Source: Mantamonas sphyraenae STR306 | Lineage: Eukaryota; Protista; CRuMs | Length of the DNA: 64,000 nucleotides | Direction: 5' to 3' | NCBI GenBank assembly: GCA_026936335.1 | Contig: JAPMXV010000074.1 | Coordinates: 1 to 64,000 of the forward strand | Shown: piece after piece, positions 10,901 through 23,800 of the stretch | Numbering within the stretch: the stretch's first letter is position 1 | Layout of the letters: the number at the start of each line of letters is the position of its first letter | Notes under the pieces: model-generated | The model's database searches: none | Told to the model about the DNA's origin: nothing | What the model saw: only the letters and a program-made list of their open reading frames with translations | Program-made: the position numbers and the translations under genes

Positions 10901-13900
10901 TACACCACGTCATCGTTGCCCGGCTGCACAGCAATCTCAGACACGTACGTGTTCTGCAGGCTGTACGGCTTCCACGTGCGCGTCGGCACGTCAAACTCGC
11001 CTGCTCCACCGTCCACCCGTTGGCCAATCGTGCCGGTAAACTGTCCACCCAGCCACAGCTTGCCGTTCAGCCACGCCAGCGCATACACACGCGAAGACGG
11101 GCCCGAACGCCAGCTCGGCGACAGCGGCGAAAACGACTGCGTCACCATGTCGTACTTGGCCACGCGCGACGACACGCCAATGTCTCGCTGCACGCCAAAA
11201 TCGCCCGCCAGGTACATCGTCGAATCGCGTGCCAGCAATGCCCACACAGTCCCAGACAACGTCGACTTGCTCGTGTCATACGCAGCCTCCAGCTTCATCG
11301 TGTCCAGGTTCAGGCGTGCAAAGTTGGGCGAGCGCACACTGCCCACCCATCCAAACGCTCCGCCCAAGTACACGTGACGCCCAGCCTTGGCCAGCGAATA
11401 CACCGTGCTGTCCGTACCGTTCTCCACTGCCGTCTTGACCCCCGTCACCACGTTCACCGTCGCCAGACGCTGCGCCACGCGATCCGTCGTCACCCCGGTG
11501 TTGACCGTGTACAGCGCACCGCCCATCGGCACCACGGCAGCCGCATTCGGCGCCTGTGTGCGCGTCAACGCCTTGCTCGACGGATCCATCACCCACAGGT
11601 ACCCGTTCGCCACCACGCCCACCTGCGTGCGGTTCGCGTCCACCCACAGCAGCTGGTTCACGGTCCCGAAAAAGTCTCCCTTCGCCGCCTCGTCCGCAAA
11701 GCCCACCGTCACCTCATTCGTCTCCAGGTCCAAAAACGCCAAGTTATCGCCTGCTTGCTTGCCCACCCACGAGAACGTTCCGCCCACAAACACGCCCCGG
11801 CCGTACGCCAGCAGCGAACGCACACCGGTGAAGCACCCGTGCCGCGTCCACGACGAGCCAAGCTCGTTCACAGGCACAGACACAACGCCCAGCGTCTCCG
11901 ACGCAACCAGCAATCGCGATCCCACCACTTCAATCTGATACACCAGGCCCGAAAAGTCCTCCGTCCTCTTCTCGCCCACAGGCGACCACGTGCCCTGCTC
12001 CAGGTCATACCGAGCAGCAGAGTACAGCGATGCCTGGCCCACGGAATCCTGCACACGCACGCACCAGTTGTTGCAGCCCAGGTACAGCGATTTGCCCACG
12101 AGCGTCGCCGTGCGCACTGCGTCCACAAGCTTCACCGTGCCTGTCTGCGAAAACCCACGCCAAAGGTACGCCACCGGATCAAAGATCGCTGCATACGCGG
12201 CCGCACGGCCCACGCCGTCCACGTGCGTAAAGTCGCCCACCACAATCAGCTGCCGCTTCCACGTCAGCATGCGCGCCACGTTGCCGCCGTACACCCCACC
12301 GCGCACATTCACAGGCTGCTGCACTCCCGCACGCAGACGTACAATCCCGTTGGCGTAGTACGTCTCTCCCATCATCGACACAGACGAAATGCGTCCGCCC
12401 ACGTACACGTCGCCGCCGAGCTGCACCATGTGCACTCCGTAGTAGTTTCCGCTCCCGGAAATGCTGTTCAAGTTCACAGACAGCGCAGGGCGCCACGCAG
12501 CCTTTGTCACGTCCGTCCCGCGCATGCGCAGGATTGCAGAACGGGTCTCCTGCAAGCGTGTAAACGCTCCGCCGATCAGGTACGTTTCCGGTGCAATCTG
12601 CTCCGACGCATACACTGTGCTCGACGGCGCCTCTCCGAGCATGTTCCACCCCTGCAGCTCCGTGTCGTGCAACGCCACACGTGTGTAGAACGATCCGGCC
12701 ACAAATGTCTGCGTCGGGCGCGGGCCAGGCGACACCGTGAACACGGTCGAGCTCATCTTGCTCAGTTCGTCTGCAAACGTGCGCACCACGCCGTTCGTAC
12801 CGTTCACCGCGCACACATCCCGGCTCGTGCGCCCGTCCACCGACGTAAACTGGCCACCAAACACAAACTCGCCCTCGCTCTTTGCAATGCTGCCGTACAC
12901 ACGGCTGTTCAGCAACCCATTTTCGCCCACTCGGATCAGGCTGTTCGTAGCCGGGTCCAGAATGAACGCGTACCGGTAGTTGCTCGTACCACCTGCCACC
13001 GAAAACTCGCCGCCCACAAACAGCCTGCCGTTCACTGCGCTCAGCGTCCGCACGTTGTTGTTCAGGTTCAGCGTGTTTCCAGGCACAGGCAGTTCGTACT
13101 CATCCTTCACAGGGTCATACGCTGCCAGTCGCGCCACGCTCACTCCTCCCGTCGACGAAAAGTCGCCTCCCAACACAAACGTGTCGCGGTTGCTCAGCCG
13201 CGAAATCGAGCGCACTCTCGACGGCAGGTTCCACACACCCGGCACGTACGACCCGTTCGCCAAAATCAGGCCGCCGAATCGGTCCGCCACGCCAAGCCCT
13301 CCCAGGTTGGTAAAATCGCCTCCCATCCACAGCACGCTGCCATCCACAGACCACTCAAAGTCGTACACTGACAACGACGGCTGCGAACCTGTCGCCACAC
13401 GGTGCATCGTCTGCGCGCTGATGTTGTACCGGGCAATGTAGTTTGCGCCCGAACCGCCGATGTTCGTGAAGCTGCCCGACAGGTACAGCGACCCGCCACG
13501 CATCTTCATCTGCAGCACCTGGTTGTTCGGATTGTTCACGCCGGGCAGTCGCGTAAACACGCCCGTCGCAGGATCAAACACGCCCACGTGGCTCACAGAC
13601 GTCGAGCCTCCGTAAAACTGCCCAGAGCCACCCACATACAGCTTCCCGTCGCCTGTCGGAATCGCCCGGTAGATCACACCCGAGACGTCGCACCGCTCCT
13701 TGTCCCACGTCTGCGTGGCCGTGTTGTAGCACGTCATACCGCGCGACGAAGCGCCGTCAAACAGTGCGTTCGACTGCGTCCCGCCAACCACAAGCTCTCG
13801 CTCAGGGTCCGCAAACAGGTTGCCTCCCATCGCGCAAGCAGACCCGGCTGCCACCACGCCCTGCCTGCAGTTGGACGTCGCGTACCCACTGCACGCCACC

Positions 13901-16900
13901 GCTGCGTCAATCGCACAGATTCCTGCCCAGTTGTCGCACTCCGTCTTGCACACAGGCTGCGCAAGTTCACTTGTGCTCACGCATGCAGGCAGGTACTTGC
14001 CACAAAACAGCTTCTTCGCCGCATCTCCGCACGCTGCGCACGCAGCCATCGATCCGCGCGCTGCGTATCGTGCCTGTTCGTCCGCACGTCCCTGCGACAG
14101 CTTGTTCGACACCATGTAGTTGGCTCCCAGCACACTCGCACAGTACGGCGCCTCGGCGCTTTCCAGAGCCACACATTGTGCTGCATACCGCTGCGGTGCA
14201 GGCAAAGGCGCGTTGAACGTCGCCTTCACAACCGCGTTCACCGTCCCAGACGGGCTCGACGTAGGCGCCATCACCGTCGTCGTGTTCCACGTCGCAAATC
14301 GGCCCACATTGTTGATGCCCAGCAGAGTGCTGAAGCTGCCTCCAATCAGCAGCTGCGTCGAATCCGCCACAATTGACAACACAGCGTTGTCTGTCGCTGT
14401 TCCGCCTCCGTTGTTCGACGGCAGCGCCTCAAACACATCCGTCGTCGGGTTCCAACGCATGATGCGCTGGTACGGCGACGTAAAGTATCCGCCCAGGTAC
14501 ACCCAGCCGTTCATCGTTGCCAGCGTCGACACCCCGCTGTTCGGGGTCACCGCCGCATGCGTCGCTGCGCGCACACGTCGCTGCGCTCCGTCGTACAATG
14601 CAAACCGGTTCGCGTCCACGCGGCCCGTTTGAAACGACGTTGAGCTCGCAAACACAAACAGCGTGCCCGACGTCCCCTCCCACACCGTGTGCGTCACAGC
14701 CGCAGTGCTCGAGGGCACCCAGTCGTCGTTGTCACGCATGAATCGAGGCGTAAGGATCCCCGACGCCACATCCACCTCGGCGAGGTACTGGTAGCTCGAG
14801 TTGCCTCCCATCGACATGAACGATCCGCTAAGCACCGCCTTGCCCGTCGTGCCCACCAGCGTAAAGCCAGAGTTCACCGCGTTAGGGCTGCCCACTTGTG
14901 CGCTCGGGTCGCCCAACAGCAACACGTTGCTGTATGTGCCGTCCCACGCAAACTTGATCAGGTAGTTGCGATTGTTCCCGCCCAGGTTTGTAAACGCGCC
15001 CGTCATGTACACGTGTCCGTTGTACACCGTCAGCCCATTCACAGCTCCGTTCGGAGACGCCATGCCTGCGGGCAGGCCCATCACCGCCCCAGACGTCGTG
15101 TTGATGCGCATCAGGTACGCATGCGGCGCGTTGAAGCTGCCCCCAACCCACCACACTGCAGGGTTGTTTGCGTCCTGCACCATGGCGTTCACGCGCGAGT
15201 TGATGTTTGTCGTCACAACCGTCTCTGACATCGCAGAGCTGTTTGTCACGTCGCAGCGCACAATGCGCGCCGTCGCCGTCGACGTCGACGCGTACACAAA
15301 CTTGCCCGCTGCCTCCAGTTCAATCGCGTCCACCGCGCTCGGCACATTTGCACACACGGTATCCACACGCCTCGCGCTCGGCACATACTCCGCCAGATAG
15401 TCTGTCTCCGTCACCCCGTCCGCGTTTGTAAACGCTCCGCCCACAAACACCCGGCCGCCGCTGCTCACCTTGATCGAGTTGATCGTGCCCGAGAACGTGC
15501 TGCTCGTTGCAGGTCCGCGTGCACGCATCACAGGCGACGTTTTCATCGACCCGACCTCCAATTCGGCAAAGTTGTCGCTCTGCTGCGAGCCGGCCACAGT
15601 CGAAAACGCGCCTCCAACAACAAGCTTGCTTTGCCCAGGCACCTTTGCCGCAGCCCACACGTTGCCGTTCAGCTGCGACGAATCTTGGTTCGCCTTCATG
15701 AAGCGGTCCTGGGCATACTTGTACGGCGCATAGTAGCTCTGTTCGATGCCGTTCACGTTCGTGAACGACCCACCCAGGTACGCATCCGTCGCGCTGCCCG
15801 GCACCGCCGTCATGGCTTCCACAGAGCCACCAACACCCGGCACGTCAACCTGCCACTTCTTTGCGGTCAAGTCGTACACTGCAAAGTTCTGCGAGGTTGC
15901 AGACACGCCGTACACGTTGGTCAGGCTTCCTCCAACAAGCAGCAGCTCGTTGCCGTTTGACGCACGTCGACGCAGCAGCGACATCACCGTTCCACTCGAG
16001 AAGTACGCCTCCTCAAACACCGGTTTGAACTTGCCCGTGGCCAAGTCCACAGATCCGATCAGACGGCATTGTGCTTTGTTGCATGCGCCCGTGCTCGTGA
16101 ACGTGCCTCCAAAGTACATCACGTTCGCACCTGCGTCGTACTCCAGTGCACGCACAGCACCACTCAGTGATTGGTGGTCAAACGCAGGCACCATGGACTT
16201 GCTGCTCGTCACCTTGTGCAGGTACCGCGTGTGCACAGAGTCGGTCGAAAACGACCCTCCCACCCACACGTTTCCCGCTCCGTCCTTGGCCAATGCATTC
16301 ACCGTCGTCGATCGGTATCCCGTGTCCAGCCCCTCCGTCACCGTGCCTCCATTCGACACGCCGGCCAGGTTGCGCATGGTGTAATACGCAGGTCCCAGCC
16401 CAGACCCACTCCCTGCCGTGATCACCTGCGTGTCCGACAGCCACGCCACGCTCTCAAGACTCTGGCGGAACGTGTACTGGTCCGATGGCAGCGGATACGA
16501 CCACACCTGCGTCACCTTGTTGTAGAACGCGAGGTACGGCGCCGGCTGTCGAAAGTCGCGGGTCTGCTGGAACTGGCCCACCATCGCCACCATGTTGCCT
16601 CGCACCGCAAGGCTCGTCACCGTCGACGACACACCCGAAGACAGAGCTGAGTCCTGCCCAGGCACCGTCGCGTACTGCTTGCTCACCAAGTCGTACGTCA
16701 TCACGTAGTCTGCCTCGTCAAGCCCGGCCCCGTTCGTGAACGAGCCGCCCAGCCACAGCGTGTCGCCGTCGATGGCCATCGTGTTCACCGTTCCACTCAC
16801 GTACTTGCACGGGTGCAGCGGATGGAACGTGTCCGTCGTGTTGTCGTACCGGATCACACTCCGTCCGTTCACCTGCGGCGCGTATCCAAACCCGCCACCC

Positions 16901-17998
16901 AGAAAGATGTTGCGTGCATCCTTCACTGCAATCGCTTGCACGGTGCAGCACGTCAACACAGACGGGTCCGGCCCAAGGCTGTTCCACTGCTGCGTGCTGA
17001 TCGTGTACTTTGCCACGTACCTCGGCGCAGGCGACCCCGGGCCGTTCGTGAACGAGCCACCCACAAACAGATCGTCTGTGCCCAGCATGTCTGCACAGTC
17101 AAGCCCACCCTGTCAGTCCCCTCCCGCCGCCCTACGCCCTTTCCTGCGCCCCTGACATTTCACACACAATTCCGTGCATGCCTTGTCCTTCATCACTCCT
17201 CCCTCCCCTCTCCCCACTCCCCCACAAGCAACCTACCCAACGCATAGATGGTCGATGTAAACGACGATGACTGTGGCACCGCCGTCAACAAGTTGGTCGA
17301 AGGAGTGTACAGCTGGATGCGTCCTCCGGGCGAGCTGTGAATCCCCACCTGTTGTCCAGGACGCGCGCGAAAAAAAAAGGCGCCGTTTAGCCCCTCCCTC
17401 GTGTCAGCCATCCACCCTCGCCCTTTTCACATCGAAACCTCGCCTTCCGACATCCCACCCCCGCCACCCCTTCCCCCCGTGCTCCCCCCCCCCCCTCCCA
17501 CCCTCCCACACCCACAACTCCCACCCTCATCCATCCCCAGTCGCCTCTTCCCTCCCAAATTTCACTTCTGTCCCCTCTCCCCTGCCACCTACCCAGATAC
17601 ACCCCTTCCGACTTGTCCATCGCGGCCGTGATCGCACGCACCCGAGAGTTCAGATCAAACGGCGTATCAAACGAAGCATCAGCCCCTGCACCGTGATGCA
17701 GGAAATACCGCGGGGTTGGCGTCGTGCTGCTGTTGTAGCTCGACGTGTAGTCCCCGCCAATGAACACCGATCCTCCGCGAACATACACCGCTCGTCCAGA
17801 CTGAGACGATGAAAAGTCCTTGTACTGCGACAATGTGTTTGTCGCGTAATCCGCCAACACCACGCTCCGGCGCGGATCCGTTGGCACGCCGAGTTTCTCG
17901 GCAGTGTTAAAGTTGCCCCCGATCACATACTCGGTTGTTGCTGCCCATGCAAACGTTGCTGCAAAGCACACAAACACAAGTGTTACGTTCAACCGCAT
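7972..17998 (-). CDS. Giant type I membrane protein (~3200 aa): signal peptide, dozens of Rax2/delta-60-like beta-propeller repeats, two Frizzled-type cysteine-rich domains, C-terminal TM and short tail
   Basis: Exons approx. 17998-17593, 17348-17237 and 17090-7972 (GTAGGT donors, CAG acceptors; the phase at exon 2 needs a 1-nt correction). Signal peptide MRLNVTLVFVCFAATFAWA. Repeated (L/V)Y(V/L)GGxF motif every ~55 aa. CRD motifs CGDAAKKLFCGKYLPAC..PVCKTEC and CDSAMKLFACASVFPGC..PVCRQTC. TM IAGIVIGSVLFVGAVGAGVMYW. Confidence 0.88.
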
Positions 17999-18085
17999 GG
18001 GGAAAATCTTGGCCACCCGTTCGCTCTGCTCTGTCTCTCTGCTCAGACCTGCTCCCTCCTCCCCAACCAATTCCTCCATCCCACC

Positions 18086-19723
18086 ATGCCCTTCCCCTCC
18101 CTACGGCCGTGCACCTCCCGCATCGTCATCCCAGGCATCCTCATCTACCTCGCTCTCTTCCTCAGTCTCTCCAACACACTCTCCTCTCGCAAACGCTTCT
18201 CCGAATCCCCGTTTGCCACCACCCGCCCTGTCCTCCACCCACGCCATGTGCCCCACCACGACCACCAGTGCCTCCATCTCCAACACAGCCATCGTCTCCT
18301 CTTTGCAGACGACTACTGCATCGATATCCTGACCCCTGGCATCACCATCCGTCAGGGCACCCCTCGCCGCGAAAACCGCATTCTTTCCCTCGACACCTCC
18401 CTCGACGGCATGTACTCAAACTATTTCACCATCCTCCACGACCCACACGCAGGCCGCGGCCCTGCCTTTGTCCGCATGTACTACCGCTGCATCCAGGCTG
18501 GCATCAGCGCAACCTCTTCCACAGAAGAGATGAACAACAACATGTTCACCTGCTACGCCGAGAGCACAGACTACGGCCTCACATTCACCCGCGTCAACAC
18601 ACATCTCTTTGAATTCGACGGTACCACAAACAACAACATCGTCTGGAAGGGTCCCCTGTCACATAACCTCGCCGTCTTTCTCGACCCGCACGCCGTCGCC
18701 GGCTCTCGCTACAAGGCCCTCGCCGGCGCAGACGGATGCTGCGCCTACAAAGGCGCCTTTCTCCTCCACAGCCCAGACGGCATCCGTTGGTCCAAACTCT
18801 CCCCACACCCATTCCTCACCCGCGAAAACGCCGCCAACCGCAACTTTCACAGCTTCTTCGACTCCCTCAACTCCCTCCACTACAACCACGTCTCCGACAC
18901 CTACGACCTCTGGGCTCGTGTCAACATCCACCACGGCCTCCGCAGCGTCGCCTCCCGCAGAATCGCAAACCTCACTCATCCCGACATTGGCAAACTCGAC
19001 GGCGACGACTTGCCCCTCGTCGAGGTCAGCGACGCACAGCAGGGCACAGAGACCTACTACATGATCCACCCTGTCCATGTCGCACACGTCGCCACCCCGC
19101 GTATCGCCATTGGCACCCGCTTCGTCCTCCGCACACGCCGCGCCCTCAAGCGACCGGGCGAGGACACCCTCGACGGCACCACAGACATCGCCATGCTTGT
19201 CAACCGCATGGGTGCCTGGTCCAGAGTCACCACAACCGCCTTTGTCTCTCCCAGCGACCACGAAGAGGAGTGGGTCGGCAGGGCCCTCTACAACGCAAAC
19301 GGCGTCGTCGAACACCCGCGCAACGCTCGCACCAGCCTCTACGCCCTCGAGCGCACAAACAGGCCAGGCGCACACCTTCGTCGCTTTTCCATCCGCACAG
19401 ATGGCTTCACCTACCTCCGCTTCCCCGACGACAACTCCCTTCACAGAGTCCACCTCCGCCCCTTCCAAGTCTCCTGCCCATTTTATATTCTTCTCAACGC
19501 CCTCGTCGACCCCATGGCCCACATGCGCATCTCCCTCGTCTTTCAGGATCTCGACAAAGTCCTTCACTCCCTTCCCTTGGTGGGCGACCACTTTCGCACA
19601 CACGTCTCCTGGAACTCCTCCTCCGACATGGTCATCCGCCTGCCAAAGTCCACCTCTGCCACCCTAGTCGTCCAAGTCCACGGAGGTGCAAACCTCTACT
19701 CCCTCAGAGCAGTTTGCGCCTGA
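18086..19723 (+). CDS. Type II membrane glycoside-hydrolase-like five-bladed beta-propeller protein, paralogue 1
   Basis: N-terminal anchor IVIPGILIYLALFLSL. Motifs CYAESxDYG, NNIVW, SHNLAVFLD, RYKAL, SPDGIRW (Asp-box-like), FDSLN and RxDGF. Clear paralogue at 24809. Confidence 0.75.
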   Translation: MPFPSLRPCTSRIVIPGILIYLALFLSLSNTLSSRKRFSESPFATTRPVLHPRHVPHHDHQCLHLQHSHRLLFADDYCIDILTPGITIRQGTPRRENRILSLDTSLDGMYSNYFTILHDPHAGRGPAFVRMYYRCIQAGISATSSTEEMNNNMFTCYAESTDYGLTFTRVNTHLFEFDGTTNNNIVWKGPLSHNLAVFLDPHAVAGSRYKALAGADGCCAYKGAFLLHSPDGIRWSKLSPHPFLTRENAANRNFHSFFDSLNSLHYNHVSDTYDLWARVNIHHGLRSVASRRIANLTHPDIGKLDGDDLPLVEVSDAQQGTETYYMIHPVHVAHVATPRIAIGTRFVLRTRRALKRPGEDTLDGTTDIAMLVNRMGAWSRVTTTAFVSPSDHEEEWVGRALYNANGVVEHPRNARTSLYALERTNRPGAHLRRFSIRTDGFTYLRFPDDNSLHRVHLRPFQVSCPFYILLNALVDPMAHMRISLVFQDLDKVLHSLPLVGDHFRTHVSWNSSSDMVIRLPKSTSATLVVQVHGGANLYSLRAVCA

Positions 19724-20795
19724 TCGTTCCCTTGGTACCGTGCCTCTGCCTCCAGCACACGATCCACAGACAGATGATGAAGAGACACCACTCCTCCGGT
19801 CCCCTCTTTGCCCACTTGGTCGTCCAACCACACCTTGCCCTCAAACACAATCTTGCTCGTCGCCATAACGGGCACCTTTTCACGCCTCACACACCACTCC
19901 AGCACGTGGTCCCACGCCACGCTCGACCCCAAGTACACTCGGTTTACCAGCTGCCGCACCGCTGCTTCCGAGTGGCACAGCCCAAACGGCTGCATCAGCA
20001 CCCCCGTCGACAGCACGAAATCCCGCCTGAACAGCAGAAACCCGCCCACCGTCACCATGCTACCGTACTCCCCGCCCACAACCTGTGCACCGCTATTTGC
20101 CTGTTCCAGCTCGTCCAACATCCAGTATAGGTTGTCCAAATGCAGCCACACGTCGTCGTCCACCACCGCAAACCACTCGGGCAGCTCCTCCTTCCGTTTT
20201 TCCGCACTCCACCGCAGCCACATCGTAAACGCAGTCAGAAAACGCAGCTGTGCGTCCACATACCCGTTCTCTTTCAATCCCTCCCTCCAATTCAGGTACC
20301 CTCCCAGCATGGCCTTTGGTACCAGTTTCTGCAGCGCCTCCCGCCTCGCTCCTGGCACCGCAGCAGCAACCGCGGGTCGCACACATCCGACACAACCACC
20401 AAGTCGCACGCGCCCCTGCATCGTTTGCCCCACGTCCTTTGGATCGCCTCCACTCGCTCCTTGTTCACTATGCCACCCACCACCGCCATCGAAATCCGTG
20501 TCCCAGGCTCTGGCGCTCCGACTTGCGTTGACAACTGTTTCACCGCCGCCCCGCTCACCAGCGAGTTGATCCTTCGCAGAAGCACCTCAACCATCAGGTG
20601 TTCCTCGCTGTTCAAACGCGTTTCCATCACCTCCTCCTCCTCCTCCTCCTCCGCCTCCGCAGCCTTGTTCTCCTCCTCACTTCCTTGCTCTGTGCGCCCG
20701 CTCTCACGCACCCTCACCGTCATCAGCACCCACACAAACAACAACACGCCAAACGCCCCCACGACCAACACCTTTTTTTGTTGTTCCCGTCGCAT
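19696..20795 (-). CDS. GT31 (Fringe/C1GALT1-like) type II glycosyltransferase with a frame break near 20340
   Basis: TM VLVVGAFGVLLFVWVLMTV and RVEAIQRTWG in ORF 20292-20801; WFAVVDDDVWLHLDNL, WDHVLEWC and VSLHHL in ORF 19696-20433. Confidence 0.78.
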
Positions 20796-20810
20796 TTGCA
20801 CTGCCTCCCA

Positions 20811-23800
20811 TCACGCACCTCCCAGCTCCTTCACCTTTTGCGTCAGCTTGTGCACAGACATCTTCAGTTCCCCCACTTCTTTCGCCTTTGCATCCCGCAG
20901 CGCCTCTGTTTGCGCCTTTGCCTCCCCAAGACGCTGCTTCAGGCTCACAATCTCCTCCGATCGCGCCTGCACCGTGTCCAGCAGCTGCTTGTTCATCTCC
21001 CGCAGCTGGTCCGTCTTTGCCTCCACAGACAGCGCCGATGCGTCGTCTCGATTAAACTCGCTCAACAGCTTGCCCATTTCCTGGTTGTCTGTCCGGCTCT
21101 GCGCCAGCGCACCACGCGTCTCTTTCAATTCCGCCAGTGCTCCTTCCAGCTTCTTTTCCAGCTCCGCACGCCGCCTGTCGCTGTCTTCCAACACCCGTCG
21201 CGTCCCTTTCAGTGAGTTTTCGCTCGCCCCAAGCTTCTTTGTCAGCTCCTTCACCTGCGCCTCCAGCCCCTTGTTCGTTGCCTTTTCCTTCTTCACGCTC
21301 GCTCGCGCCTTTGCACGCTCTTCCTCTGCCTTTGCAACCCTTCCTCCCATCTCTTCCTCCCGTTCCTTCAGCTCTTCAATTTGCGTGCGCATCTCCTTGC
21401 TCTTTGCAAACAGCTCTTCGTATGCTCGCTGTGCCTCCTCCACGCTTTCGTTGCTCACTGCAAGCTGCCGCTTGTACCTCTGGTGCATCTGTTCCAGTTG
21501 TCCTTCGCTCACCCGTGCGCTGTGCTTGATCTGCTCCTTCAGCGCTGCCATCTGCTCTGCAAATTTGGCCGCCGTCGCTTCCCGCGCCAGAGTCGACTCG
21601 TCCACCTGCGCCTCCATACGCGTCTGTTCCCTCTGCGCCTCCTCCAGCTCCTCCAATTGCCCCTCCAGCTCCTCTTTCTCGCTCTTCAGCCCCAGGATCC
21701 GCCTCTCCACCTCCTCCAGCTCACCTTCGTCACGCTCCAGCTTCACCTTTTCCTCTCGTCCCTCCTCCGCTTCCAATTCCTTTACCTGCGCTTCCAGCGA
21801 CTTGATCCGCTCCCTCAGTTCCGCTGCACGCGACTCTGCCCGATCCAATGCGTCCACCACCTTCATCAGGCTCCCTTCCACCTTTTCCCGCGCGTTTTGC
21901 CTCACAGAGCCCATGTCCCCCACTGCCTCTTGCAGATGGCCCAGCGACTCTTGCAGATGAGCATCCAGCGCCTCCACCTGTGCTGCATATTCGTCCTTTT
22001 CCGATTGCAGCGCAGCTACCTTTTGCTGCAGCTCGCTGATCCTCGACGTCGCGTCCGCCTGCGCCGCTTTTACACTTGCAAGCTCCCCTTCCGCCGCCTC
22101 TGCACGTTCTCTGTCCGCCTGCGCCTCTCCCAGACGCTGCAGAAGGCCCTCCCTCACCTGCATCGTGTCCTCTGCCTCTTTCGCACGCGCTTTCACGCTT
22201 GCTTCCAGCTCCCCGATCTTCTTTTGCGCTTCCTTCAGCTCCCTCTCCAGCTCAGACGCAGACGATGCATGGCTGCTCTCCCACGAGCTCTTTTCCTCTT
22301 CAAACGCAGCCCGTGCCGCGTCCACGTCCGCCTGCGCACTCTGCACCTGTTCCTGCAGTGCCAGGTTCGCCTCACGCTCTGCATCCAGCTTCCTTTGCAT
22401 CTCCAGCGGATCCCCGCTCGACTCTCGCAGCTGCGACGACAACGACTGCAACTCCTCCAGCTTCTTCTCCACCTCCTTCCTCTTTTCCACCTCCTCCGCC
22501 ACCGTCGCCTCATGCTCCTTCTTCCTTTCCTCATCTCCCTTTTCCCACACCTGTTTGGCCTCCTCCAGCTCCTCCATTGCCCTTTGCAGCTCCGTCTCCT
22601 TCTCCACCCGCAACTTTTCCATCTCCCCCTCCAACTCCCCAACCTTTGCCTCGTGCTCCTCCTGCGCCTTCTCCTTCTCCTCCCGCAACCTCTCCAACTC
22701 CCCCTCCAACTCCCCAACCTTTGCCTCGTGCTCCTCCTGCGCCTTCGCCTGCGCCTCCTCCTTCTCCCCCCGCAACCTCCCCAACTCCCCTTCCAACTCC
22801 CCAACCTTTGCCTCGTGCTCCTCCTGCGCCTTCCCCAACGCCTCCTGCGCCTCCTCCTTTTCCCCCCGCAACCTCTCCAACTCCCCTTCCATCTCCCCAA
22901 CCTTTGCCTCATGCTCCTCCCTGGCCTTCCCCAACGCCTCCTGCGCCGCCTCCAGCTCCTTCCGCAAATGCCCCATCTCCTCTTCTAGCGCCGCACGCGC
23001 TTCCTCGGCACCCTTCCTGCCCTCCTCCACCTCCTCCAACTGCTGCTTCAGCACTCCTTGCTGAGCTTGAGCCTCTTCCAACTCCCCTTTCAGCGAGGCG
23101 TGTTCCGCTTCACACTCTGCCGCGCACTTTTCCCGCACATGAGCCACCAGTGCCGCGTCGTGCTGCGCATTATCCGCTTCCAACGCCGCCTCCAGCGCCT
23201 TCAGGTGCTGCTCCACCACATCCACATCCACCTCGGTCTCCCCGGAGCTGCTCGCACCGTCCAACCCCTCTTCGCCCTCTTGCACCCCACGCATCTGCCG
23301 CATTGCTGCTTCCACGCGGGCCCGCATCGTTTGCTTCCGTTGCTCGTGCAGCATCCCGGCCACTCCTTGGCTGCTTCCGTCCTGCTGCGATTCGCTCATC
23401 ACCACAGGCGCAAACACCTGCGTATCTGCAGGCTTCTGCCACGCACGTCGCTGCTTCCGCTTCGCTTCCTTCAGCTCCTGCTCCTTGCTCTCCAGTGTAC
23501 GCCGCATCTCATCCAGCTGTTGTCCGAGCAGTTTCACCGCCTCGCTGTCCGCCACCGTCACATTCGCTTGCTGGCTTTGCAACAGCCGCAGTTGCTCTTC
23601 GCTTTGCACACGCGCTTGCTTCTCTTGCCGCAGCTTGTCCCGAAGCTGTTTCATACGCTCATCCTCCCGACCTCCACGGCTACGCGACGTCTCCTGCACC
23701 ACCTCCTGCACCTCCTCCTCACCCTCCTCCGACGACTCCCCCTCCGACTCATCCTCCGACTCTTCTCCCTCAGAATCTTCCTCCTCAGACTCGGATGCCT

